A stretch of DNA of 61,551 nucleotides, counting the filler, from Ionaspis alba (lineage: Eukaryota): the NCBI GenBank assembly GCA_964255285.1. It is 7 parts of 7 records of this genome, joined end to end, with 100 filler letters (N's around TTAATTAATTAA, not from the genome) between each part and the next. Parts side by side here need not be neighbours in the genome. Positions count along the whole stretch, not along the records: positions 44,063 to 52,760 come from CAXUUL010000713.1; positions 52,861 to 61,551 come from CAXUUL010000714.1; 5 more parts are not named here. The stretch is one strand, 5' to 3'. Below are positions 46,538-56,754 of the stretch, in pieces (position 1 is the first letter of the stretch; each line of letters begins with the position of its first letter). Both the position numbers and the translations under genes were made by a program. The notes under the pieces are model-generated. The model was not told where the DNA came from. It did no database searches and worked only from the letters and a program-made list of their open reading frames with translations.

Positions 46538-49085
46538 ATGGCTCTGGACAGACTACAGAATCTCCGAATCCTACTGGGGGAAGCAGAGTTTTCGAGAGTT
46601 CAGGAGGAAGGCGCCTTGGAAGCCAAAACCGCAGAGATGAAGGCTGCAGAGTCCGTGAGCATGAAGCACGATATTACACTGCCCAAGGAGATACCGCCAG
46701 TGTTAACTTCGAAGGCCTTTACAAGCCAATGGCCTATCTGGGACGAGCCTAAGAATGCTTATTCAAGCTCGGATGATTCCTACGCAGCTCGGGCTCCTGC
46801 CCCAGTATCGTCAAGTAAGAAGTCCAAGGGCAAGAAAAAGGAGAGCACAAACACCATGCCCGATCCAGATCCCGCAAATCGGGAGATTGGAAATCCATCT
46901 CCTATTGACATGACCTTTTGTCCAATTCTGGCAGTGAGCAAGTTCCCATATAAGTTCATGAGTAGTTCTTCTGCATTCGTGTCTGACGAGGTTTCTCGCC
47001 AATTCTTTGCAGCTGAGATGTTTTGGAGGAGGAAATGGACCATGTAAGTCTCTCTTTGTTTGTCAAACATGTTCTGTTTCACTGTGGTTCTGTTATCTTC
47101 CGTTCATGACCACTACGACCCCGGTCACAGCGTATCTCAGTCCTTGGTTGCCCAAGCGAAGCGAGATACCAGAAGATCGTCATATCAGCTGATGTCGCGT
47201 GTACTTGAATAGCTACTACATCCATCTTCCACCTTCAATATCAGTCAAACCGTTCCTCTTGGTTCCTGCTGAAGAAGTGAGAGCATTACTGCGAGAGATC
47301 AATACAGCACTAGACCTAAGTCTCGACTTCCCCATCCGAGCCGAAGAGCGTGGTTTCCATCTAGAATTCCCAGAGGACGGAAATCCTCGACCACGATTTG
47401 TCGGCATATCCTCCTCGCGAGAAGCATTTAACGCAATGGAGAGGAAGGTACCTGGACAGGACCTGATGCTCAAAGAGAATGGCTCTCTTGCAGACGAAGG
47501 AGATGATCGTTCCTACAATGCCTTCAAGCTGAAAATGGAGAACGCGTTCCTTGCTACTAGGAACAAGGCAAAGGCATCTAAGGAGAAGAAAAAGTTGCAA
47601 AGGGTTCAGCAGAAAGATAGTAGGTGGCATAGGTCTCTTCCACTCTGGTCGTTCACACAGCGAGCACGCGATGTTATTCTGCGATGATGCTTTGGTCTGA
47701 TCGGTCTTCTGTGTTGACGTCCATATGACCTGTTCATGGTATCTGTTGACTCTTAGTTGAAGAATTCGTTCTCTCAACGCGCTTGATGGCTGTTTCTCAG
47801 ATTTTAGAGCTAATAGCATGATTCCTAGGCTGGTGTCGTCAGCTAAAGCGTGCTCAACGATACCTAGGCCTACGACCACGTCGACCCTCTGCTGCAAAAA
47901 GTGACTGGATCAGTCGGTCAGGCACGACCTGGGAGGAGTACCTTAAAGCCAAAGAAGAGCATGAGCGTGCACTAGAGTCCTATCAACCCGTCCTTCATAT
48001 CGACATCGAGCAGCCAGTGCCATATCCTTTCGATGAGAATATTGTCTTCATCTGCGTGGACGTTGAGTCGTTCGAGCGTAATCACAATCAGATTACCGAG
48101 ATCGGTATCTCGACCCTTGACACGAACGACCTAGTCGGCCTCGCACCTGGTAAAGGTGGTACCGCATGGCTACCCAAGATCCGAGCACGCCATTTTCGCA
48201 TCCAAGAATACGTTCACCTCGAGAACAAGGACTTCATCCAAGGTTGCGCTGATAGATTCGAGAAAGTCTTCGGCAAAAGCGAGTTCATCTCCATTAAGGC
48301 TGCACCTCAGGTGGTGGCGTCTTGTTTCCGACCACCCTTCTCAAGTCTATTAGACGAAAACGTTACCCTCACAGATAATGCCGAGAAGCGCAAGATCATC
48401 CTAGTCGGCCATGATACCAAGACCGACATCAACTACCTCCGCCAGTTGGGCTATGATATTGGTAACCTATCCAATCTTGTCGAGATTCTTGACACTTCTG
48501 AACTCTATCGAGCGATGAAGCGTGACAGCCAAAGCTGCGGATTGGGATCTCTGCTGGTCGACCTAGGCCTGACCGGCTGGAACCTCCACAACGCCGTAAG
48601 TTCGCTTGCTGTGGTAATTCATATCTGGCGTTTTCCCCAATGCTGACCATGAAACAATATAGGGCAACGACGCAGCCTATACCATGCAAGCTCTCATCGG
48701 CATCGCCTTCCGCGCCCTTACCGCCAAAGAAGAGCGTGAAACTCTCGATAGCGAACAGCGCAAAGAAGCCGCAATGCAGGAAGCAGCCGCCAAAATCGCA
48801 GAAGATAGCGAAGAGTGGGAGGTCGCTGAAGGCAACGATGATGGAGGCTCCCCCGAGAAGAACATCGAAACACCTACAATACCACACGGCCAGGGAACAA
48901 ACAGTCAGCGTGGGGGAAGGGGTGGTGGACGTGGCGGAGATCGTGGCGGATTCGGTCGTGGCGGATTCGGTCGTGGTGGAAAAGGTAGAGGTGGTGGTAC
49001 ATGGGTCCCACGAGGAAACTATAGAACAGGATATCAAGAGGCGGAGAAGCGTGTGATTGCTCCCCACCTCCGCACTGAGTGGTAA
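46538..49085 (+). CDS. qip: DEDDh 3'-5' exonuclease of the QIP (QDE-2-interacting protein)/Gfd2-like family with a C-terminal RGG tract; exons 46538-47043, 47213-47619, 47829-48595, 48663-49085
   Basis: FCPILAVSKFPYKFM; WCRQLKRAQRYLGLRP; ExoI VFICVDVESFE...ITEIG; RARHFRIQEY; ExoII ILVGHD...DINYL; LDT; ExoIII LHNA|GNDAAYT; RGG repeats. Intron phases are consistent. Orthology to Neurospora qip is inferred. Confidence 0.82.
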
Positions 49086-49407
49086 TGTGCACAAGGATTT
49101 TGTCCTGCTGTTCGGGAATGAAAGAAACATCTGCAGTGTGGTATATTGCGGGGTCGAAAACCTTACAGGTATCCGGTGACAAAATAAGGAGGCAACTGGT
49201 AGCTATGCCTCTATGTGATTGACGTGGAGGACCCAAGCAGTCTTGGCCATACTTCAGATGCATAGGACATTTTAGACCATATGGATCATATTACAACCGC
49301 CGTTCTCTCATCGATGAGTAGTGTAGCCCCTATTCAAGAGGATCGGCAAATATCCCGGCCTGTCTATTCGCTTCTTCCTTCTCTCGTGCGCATCTCCCCT
49401 CCTAGAG

Positions 49408-51276
49408 TCACGCCTCCAGCTTCGTACTGGGCAAGCCGCTCCCAAAGACCAAATCTACTCTACTTTCTCTGTCCCAAACTACAACCCCGTTCCCCTTCCG
49501 CTTGAAATACCGGATCCGACTCTGCGGGATGAAGTCTTCCGCCGTAATATCTTCGGCCTTCCACCATGAAACCGGCATCTCCTTGATCCCAGCTATGCGA
49601 TCCAGATATCCGACCGAAAAATCCTCGGTGTCCATCTCCGGGTCGTGGATGATACGATTCAGGATGTCAAGAGCGGGCCGTAGCGAAGTTCTCTTAGGCT
49701 CTGGAGAGGGGTTTGGCGTCTCTAATTCCTCTCGCTTGATCTTGGACTTGGACTTGGATTTCTTCTTGAGCAGGGCTGATGATTCCTCCGAACGAGTGTC
49801 CTCTTCGTCGTCACTTGAGTCCGGATTTTCAGCATCAGCGATCAGACCCCAGTCTTTGTCATCGGGGACAATGTCATGGATGGGGAGATTTGACATTACG
49901 CCGATGTCAAAGAAGCATGTTCTCGAATCGTAGTTGCGGTCTGCGCGTAGTCTTCTGTCCGTCTCCAATATTCGCCCAGGTGGGATCGTGCCTTCGACGC
50001 CGACCAGATAGAAGACGTCGTAGAATGTCTCTGTCGAAGCTTTTGCACCATTCTTGACGCGCATGGGCCAGGCACGGAGACGGAGTGACGGACTCGAGAG
50101 ACTAGAGACGAATTCCGCGACCTTCAAGTCGAACCAGTTGACAAATCTGCCATTTTTGCCGTGGGAGGGTCCCCAACAAGAAACGTCTAGTTCGATGTAA
50201 CTTCTGTACTGCTCGAGAAATTTGGGAAGTCCGAGCTCGTGTCCTGGCAACCGGCCATTGACAAGATCGCTCCATTCCCAGGCGCCAGTAGATATTAGCT
50301 CATGTGTTGAGATTAAGCATTCCTTGACAATAGCTCCATTCACCGCGAGGTTTGCAAGTCCAGTACGCGGCACCTCTTGTGCCGCAGGACTGTCGTCAAT
50401 GGCATCTACCCGCTGCGAATAGGTCAATCTGTGATCCCACCGGGTCCCGTTATTATAAGAAGCCGGATCTGTTTCGAAGCGGAATGTGGAGTAGAAGGCA
50501 AAGAAGTCCTTGATAATTGCTTCAGTTGTCAACTGGGGGACCCGTTGGCATGATTTGGCAACCATCGTTATTAGCTGTGACTCTTCTAGGTAGCCAAAGC
50601 GATGAGAGTAGATTCCACAACGCTTTGCCCATGATTTGATGGCGTAAAAAGATAACGGGAATATCTCATTAAGAGGGATGGATTTGGAGAGATACAATGA
50701 GTCCCGATACATCTTGGCTTTTGACTTTGTGGTAGATGCTACGCTGCTTGATGGTTCTTTGGCCAAAACATCCAGAAATTCGGATTTATCCACAAGAGGA
50801 GCCTGGTGGTACTGCAACGTAAACTTTATGCTTTTGACGCTCAACTCGAAACCGATCATTTCATCCTTGTCAGCTCTTAGAATGATCAAGCCATCGTCGA
50901 ATGCTTTTCGAAACTTTGATTTGGCTATGCTATAAAAGCTCTTCTCGGATATTGTGCCCGCGATAGAGCACATTATCGGCTCGGAAGCGTCCCAGACTCG
51001 AAGTCCATAAGATGCAATTGGCGCAACCACAAGACTGACTACCTGAACAGTTGAGGAGTAAGTATCGAGTGTCGAAGACTCTAGTTTATCGTATTGTTCG
51101 CCAAGTAAGACTCGGTTCAAGAGATCCAGTCCTTGCGCCGCTTGAGTAGTCACTTCAGGAGAAGGAAGTATGGCCTCCTTGAGAAGGCATGAGCGAAGCC
51201 CATTGGTAGACTGAAAGCCTTCATCTTCATTCGAAGGCTGACCACTCGGCGGTAATGTAAAGAAGTTGCCGGCCAT
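49408..51276 (-). CDS. Degenerate poly(A)-polymerase-like nucleotidyltransferase fused to a C-terminal MJ1316 (RNA cyclic-end recognition) domain; start uncertain
   Basis: PAP central-domain motif AIKSWAKRCGIYSHRFGYL; degenerate NTase region IASYGLRVWDASEPIMC; MJ1316 motifs LRPALDILNRIIHD...VGYLDR..G..E...FIPQSRIRYFKR...VVWDRESRVD. Confidence 0.8.
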   Translation of the reverse strand: MAGNFFTLPPSGQPSNEDEGFQSTNGLRSCLLKEAILPSPEVTTQAAQGLDLLNRVLLGEQYDKLESSTLDTYSSTVQVVSLVVAPIASYGLRVWDASEPIMCSIAGTISEKSFYSIAKSKFRKAFDDGLIILRADKDEMIGFELSVKSIKFTLQYHQAPLVDKSEFLDVLAKEPSSSVASTTKSKAKMYRDSLYLSKSIPLNEIFPLSFYAIKSWAKRCGIYSHRFGYLEESQLITMVAKSCQRVPQLTTEAIIKDFFAFYSTFRFETDPASYNNGTRWDHRLTYSQRVDAIDDSPAAQEVPRTGLANLAVNGAIVKECLISTHELISTGAWEWSDLVNGRLPGHELGLPKFLEQYRSYIELDVSCWGPSHGKNGRFVNWFDLKVAEFVSSLSSPSLRLRAWPMRVKNGAKASTETFYDVFYLVGVEGTIPPGRILETDRRLRADRNYDSRTCFFDIGVMSNLPIHDIVPDDKDWGLIADAENPDSSDDEEDTRSEESSALLKKKSKSKSKIKREELETPNPSPEPKRTSLRPALDILNRIIHDPEMDTEDFSVGYLDRIAGIKEMPVSWWKAEDITAEDFIPQSRIRYFKRKGNGVVVWDRESRVDLVFGSGLPSTKLEA

Positions 51277-51792
51277 ACTCAATTCATCGACGATACTAAT
51301 ATTAAAAACAATGAGAAAGGAAAGGCTGGTAGGGAATTAGATATGATGGACAATGGGCAATCAATTGAGTTATTGCAATACAGACAAGACTGTAAAGTGC
51401 GTAAGAGGCGGCGAATCATGCGAGATATAAGATACCCGTTGAAGTATACATAGAGGCTGGAACGAATGGGGAAACATAGGAAGGCGCATTGGAGTCACGT
51501 TCAAGTGACTCATAGCAATAATTGCGTGAGCCAAGGCATCTTAACACACAACGAAGCATTTTAATACTTGGGGTTTTGAGCTGCAGGCAGTGCCACGTTG
51601 GGAACATGGCTCAGGTACACCGTGGAGGCAGGATCATGAACGATGGAGCACAGCCCGTACCAGTAAGCATTTTGATTGCTCGATCTCTTGGCATCGGTAG
51701 TTGTAGACGCCGACTATAATTTTCCTCTCCAAATATATCATAGCAGTATTGGATAGCAATGGTAAGTGAGCTCAAGGTTTCCATATCTCGAG

Positions 51793-51802
51793 TGAAAATT
51801 TT
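51793..51802 (+). promoter_or_regulatory. RRPE-like element TGAAAATTTT upstream of DBP8
   Basis: Matches the yeast rRNA-processing element; ~70 nt upstream of a ribosome-biogenesis helicase. Confidence 0.5.
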
Positions 51803-51870
51803 CTATCGTCGAAAGACGTGGATCCATCCAGTGTGTTTGTTCTCGCGCAAATAACTTTCATGTCCACATC

Positions 51871-52760
51871 ATGTCAGCGAAATCATCTAGTTCAGAAAGC
51901 TCGAGCTCAGAGTCGTTTGGCGAGGATGTGTATACCAAAAGATCAAGAAAAAGAAGGCGATTATCAGTGCCGGAGTCGGGAGGCTCTGATGGTGAGAAGT
52001 CTACAGAAGGGCCTACGGAGAAAGCTACAGAGAAGGTCAACTCCACCACATCAACATCTCGAATAAAACCTCGAAAAGCCCAAGAAATCGCGTCTGCATC
52101 AAAGCCTCGGACAATCATCAGCAATGGCAAAGTGGTTGATGCAAATTCCAGCTTTGGTACTCTTGAAGTGGCTCCATGGCTCATTGCCTCCCTCTCGGCA
52201 ATGGCCATCCTCCGCCCAACGGCCATCCAGAAAGACTGCATTCCGAAAATACTCTCTGGCCACGACGTTATCGGGGCAAGTCGTACAGGTTCCGGAAAGA
52301 CAGTTGCCTTCGCTGTGCCAATCCTTCAGAAATGGGCCGAGGATCCAATGGGAATCTATGCCGTCGTGCTGACACCCACGAGGTAAGTCCCCAACCCGCA
52401 TGCCAAATTGTACGACCAGGACATATTGACGGACGTCCTCCAGAGAACTCGCCCTCCAAATCTACGAACAATTCAAAGCTATTTCCGCCCCACAATCCCT
52501 CAAAGCCGTCCTCATTACTGGTGGTACCGACATGCGCACTCAAGCCCTCGCCCTCTCCTCACGTCCTCACATCGTCATCGCCACTCCAGGCCGCTTAGCA
52601 GACCACATCGCCACTTCCGGTACCGACACCATCTCCGGCCTCATCCGCACCAGAGTCCTCGTCCTCGACGAAGCCGACCGCCTCCTAGCCTCCGGTCCTG
52701 GCAGTATGCTCCCCGACGTCGAAACCTGTATCGCAGCCATGCCTCCTGCCACAGAGCGAC
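51871..52760 (+). CDS. DBP8: DEAD-box RNA helicase Dbp8 (40S biogenesis), 3'-partial; intron 52383-52443
   Basis: [83 protein letters not shown]. Confidence 0.92.
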
Positions 52761-52860
52761 NNNNNNNNNNNNNNNNNNNNNNNNNNNNNNNNNNNNNNNN
52801 NNNNTTAATTAATTAANNNNNNNNNNNNNNNNNNNNNNNNNNNNNNNNNNNNNNNNNNNN
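52761..52860. other. Artificial contig spacer
   Basis: N44-TTAATTAATTAA-N44. Confidence 0.98.
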
Positions 52861-53320
52861 AGAAGCTGACTCGAACAAAGAGTAATATGTTTACATCGCA
52901 AGGATGCATCTTTGCCGGCCTTTAGCAGTGAAATCACGGAGTCTAGCAGGTGGATGGCTCTACCAGACAGGCCTGTGGTAGTCACTTAGAGGCTCTGAAC
53001 GTCTTTGGATGAATAGTTTCGACTTATGTCGCCCGACAGGTCTAGAAGCATCCATACATGAATGAGTACAGACCTTCAGAGTCTTCCTGCACATACTTGA
53101 AACACAATATACATAGCTGCAAAGTTTCTATATCTCTTCCTAATGTGATCAAGAATGAATATTTCTGCCAATAGGGTACATCGACGCCCAGGACGAAAAT
53201 TTATAGGGCTAAACGAGGTCATTTTAATATTTCTAGTCAAATCATGTCATAAGAAAGCTTCGAAAATTTCAGTCATCGAACACAAAGATTGGTCCTAGAT
53301 ACTGTGTTAGATCACACCCT

Positions 53321-54688
53321 ATGGACACCACTGAATCAGACTTGGATCTTGAGGCCCAAGAAATTCTTCTTGCCGCAAGCCAGCATGACCTCGAGAAGTT
53401 AAAGAAACTACTTCGTACTGGCTCGGCAAACGTGCAGGATCCCGATACAGGACTCACTCCGCTACATGCTGCCATAGCAGCTTGCGAAGGGTCAACGCCG
53501 TCCTCTTCGAATGGCATAAACTCTGGAATTCAGCGTTTCAATGACAGCAATTCCGCCGCAGAGAATTCCCAGCATGAAAACGGGACCAATGGCCAAGTCA
53601 GCACCGCCGAATCTTCTGGTAAAGAGCCTGGCTCTGAACAGCAGAATGAGTTGAACGCGGCCGCAAGGACTGTAAGGCTCTTGTTGCAGAACGGAGCCAT
53701 TTGGAATGACTTGTCGAAAGACAATGAGACACCCGGCTGCATAGCGAGGAGACTTGGTCTTTCGGAGTTGTACGAAATTATGGTAGATGCTGGTGTTAGG
53801 GCTGAGATGCTGCTCAATCGTCTGGATGGGTATGAGTTGCTGGAAGATGACGACGAGAATGAGGAGGAAGAGCAGCGGAACGCTGGTGAAGAATCTAATG
53901 GTTTAGACGAAGTCAAGAATACAGATGACCCATCATTTTCTACAGACCGGCCGATACATGCCACCGAAATCTCCAATGATGCTACTACTGCTGCTGAAAT
54001 TGCCATCAAGGAAGATACTGCTAGGCCCGTCGACGAAGATTATCTCAAGTCAGATCTCACTTTCCAGACAGATCGTCTACTAGACCAGGACAAGAACGGT
54101 GTCATGATGTCCTGGGAAACAGACATCATGAAGAAAACCGCAGACCTACTGGTACCTACAGCTGGATTCAGAATCCTGAATATTGGCCACGGCATGGGCA
54201 TCATCGACGACTTCTTCCAGGAAAAGTCGCCGTCCTCGCACCATATCGTCGAAGCCCATCCAGCAGTAATAGCTCAAATGAAGAAGAACGGCTGGCACGA
54301 AAAACCTGGCGTCATCATTCACGAAGGAAAATGGCAAACCGTCATCCCAACCCTGATCGAGCAAGGATTACAATTCGACGCCATCTACTGGGACACCTTC
54401 TCGGAAGCCTATAAAGATCTGCATCTGTTCTTTAGTGAGTATGTCATTGGACTCCTGGACGACGGCGGGAAGTGGGGATTCTTCAACGGGCTGGGAGCAG
54501 ATAGGCAGATCTGCTACGATGTCTATACCAAGCTCGTGGAAATTGATGCCCTTGAGATGGGCTACGATGTCGAATGGACTACTGTTCCGGTACCGGATCT
54601 TGAGAAGGACAAGGAGTGGGAGGGTGTCAAGAGGCCTTATTGGAGGCTGAAGGAATATAAGCTGCCAATATGCACCTTCATTGGCTGA
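53321..54688 (+). CDS. RMT2: Protein arginine N-methyltransferase 2 (ankyrin repeats plus type IV PRMT)
   Basis: Ankyrin TPLHAAI, LLQNGAIWNDL...ETPGC, MVDAGVRAE; GVMMSWETDIM; ILNIGHGMGIID; HIVEAHP; FDAIYWDTFSE; FFNGLGADRQICYDVY. Confidence 0.95.
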   Translation: MDTTESDLDLEAQEILLAASQHDLEKLKKLLRTGSANVQDPDTGLTPLHAAIAACEGSTPSSSNGINSGIQRFNDSNSAAENSQHENGTNGQVSTAESSGKEPGSEQQNELNAAARTVRLLLQNGAIWNDLSKDNETPGCIARRLGLSELYEIMVDAGVRAEMLLNRLDGYELLEDDDENEEEEQRNAGEESNGLDEVKNTDDPSFSTDRPIHATEISNDATTAAEIAIKEDTARPVDEDYLKSDLTFQTDRLLDQDKNGVMMSWETDIMKKTADLLVPTAGFRILNIGHGMGIIDDFFQEKSPSSHHIVEAHPAVIAQMKKNGWHEKPGVIIHEGKWQTVIPTLIEQGLQFDAIYWDTFSEAYKDLHLFFSEYVIGLLDDGGKWGFFNGLGADRQICYDVYTKLVEIDALEMGYDVEWTTVPVPDLEKDKEWEGVKRPYWRLKEYKLPICTFIG

Positions 54689-55037
54689 ATCTTCGAGATA
54701 TACCGGCAAAAGATGCCAACCCCGGTTATTGCAGTGTGAGGGTAAATCAAGCTGATTCTCGCCCTCGCAAATGCTGAATTCCCAGGCAACGAAAATAGCT
54801 TGTGCTCAGCGAGTTTACTCTTTGAAGAAAACGACTTCTCCATGGCTCTGAGCATTCAAGCGTTCCATCTCCTTCAACATGTCGTGCCTACGCTGCGGTC
54901 TCGCTCTTGAATTGCATGAATGACGTCATTTCTTGCTCCGGACATACCACCGGGCTAAACCGTCAACAGACTCGCTGAGCAACAACACACCTGCTAGAAA
55001 CGTGTAGGTGTAGCCTCTCGCCACAGATTGATTGACA

Positions 55038-56266
55038 ATGAACATCACAATAGGAGCCAACGCGCCGTCGACGACGAAGTTCAATTGGAATCATTCGAAG
55101 ACCCCGCCACGTCTTGTCATAACCGCTGAATCACCCCAATTCGATCCCGAGACCATAAGCCATTGGAAGGATGAAGGTTTCCAGATCATGTACATGCCAT
55201 TCGAAGGCGGCAAGAAGGACTTGATTACAAAACTACACAATGTCTCTGACCCCTTAGAGCTCGGGGAGACTTATGCCATTGTAGGTGAGCGCTGTACCCA
55301 AGGAGTGGTACAAGTACAACAGCTAATGGCTATGTGACTACCTAGCGTATGGAGATGCCGCAGAGGTCGTTCTAGATACCTGCATGAAGCCCATGCCCAA
55401 GCTATGCGCTATCGTCGCATACTATCCGACCAAGCTGCCTAACACCAATACCATGTTCCCGCCAAACACAAACGTCGTCATTCATATGGCTGGGGACCAA
55501 CCCATGGCGCCCAAGCAATCGAGCTACTCATACCCCGATACAGAGACCGGGTTTGCGGAGAAGGACTTGGACGAATACGACAAGGTCGCTGCTTCCCTTG
55601 CATGGTCACGAAGTCTGGCTGCAGTGCGCAAAGGATTTGGCATAGAGGTTGACCTGGAGAAAGTGTGGGAGGAGCACCTAGATCGTATGTGCTGCACCGG
55701 TCTGCCCATTGCAGTTATGGCCTGCTTGAGTGATCAGCTACTGACAATATCCCCCCTCAGTCGAGTTCAAGACCAAAGACGTCGACCGCACAATGGCAAC
55801 CATGGTCTCTGAGCCCTACGTTAACCACATCCCAACCATGACTGGCGGTATTGGCTACAAAGACCTCTACCGCTTCTACCGGGACTTCTTCATCCCAAAC
55901 AACCCGCCTTCGATGAAGATGCGGCTGATATCTCGAACCATCGGCACAGATCGTGTAGTGGATGAGATGCACATCTTCTTTCGACATACTCAGGAGATAC
56001 CGTGGATGCTACCGGGAGTAAAGCCGACGGACAAGGAGGTCGATGTTGCGCTTGTTTCTGTGGTGTGTATACGTGGGAAGAAGCTGTATCATGAGCACAT
56101 TTATTGGGACCAAGCGACAGTGTTGGTGCAGATTGGATTGCTTGATCCGAAATTGGTGCCGGATCAGAAGCTGGCGAAGAGGTTGCCTGTGGTTGGTGCT
56201 GAGGGTGCGAGGAAGGTGCTGGATGAGCAGAGTGCAAGGAGTAACGAGCTTATTGATGATTGGTGA
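55038..56266 (+). CDS. Dienelactone-hydrolase-like domain plus SnoaL/NTF2-like domain protein; exons 55038-55284, 55346-55684, 55761-56266
   Basis: WKDEGF; YAIV|AYGDAA; AIVAYYP; GFAE...YDKVAASLAWSRSL; DLEKVWEEHL; TMATMVSEPYVNHIPTMTGGIG; ISRTIGTDRVVDEM; HEHIYWDQATVLVQIGLL. Confidence 0.88.
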
Positions 56267-56754
56267 GGCTGTGTTTTAGATGGCACCAGCTTTATTTCTT
56301 AGCTGTCAAAATTGTGCCTGTGCAGTCCTACAATTCTGTATCTGATCCACCATAAGGGCGGCCACGATGTCTCAAATGCTTAGAGTAAGTCACTTGTGTA
56401 TGTGAAAGCGGTTTATCGATGCTTTTAGCTGGCCAGATATCCTGTGGAAGCTTTTGTCCTGCCGCATTGCTGTAGCTGACCACGAGCTCAGATATATCAG
56501 TACTTTTGTCCGACGGAGGCCGTACGCATGATAGATATAGTAGAGGAGCTGAGCCTTCAAGGCTCTTCTAATAGACGCTTCTGTTGCCAACCCTTCTAGC
56601 CTCTGAAATAAAGTAGTAGTAGATGCGCTGCTCATAGCGCTCTCGTAGAGGTAACTCCACGTGAAAGACATGGCCCACAAGATTGAGGCGCTCAATGGTG
56701 CCGAATGCCTGAAACAATGGAGAAAAATGACTTTTATGAGTATCATACCCGTCC

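Noticed and set aside
51290..51784. Possible upstream exons for the PAP-MJ1316 gene
   Set aside because: The splice combinations tried hit stop codons and showed no 2H or EEP motifs; left unannotated.
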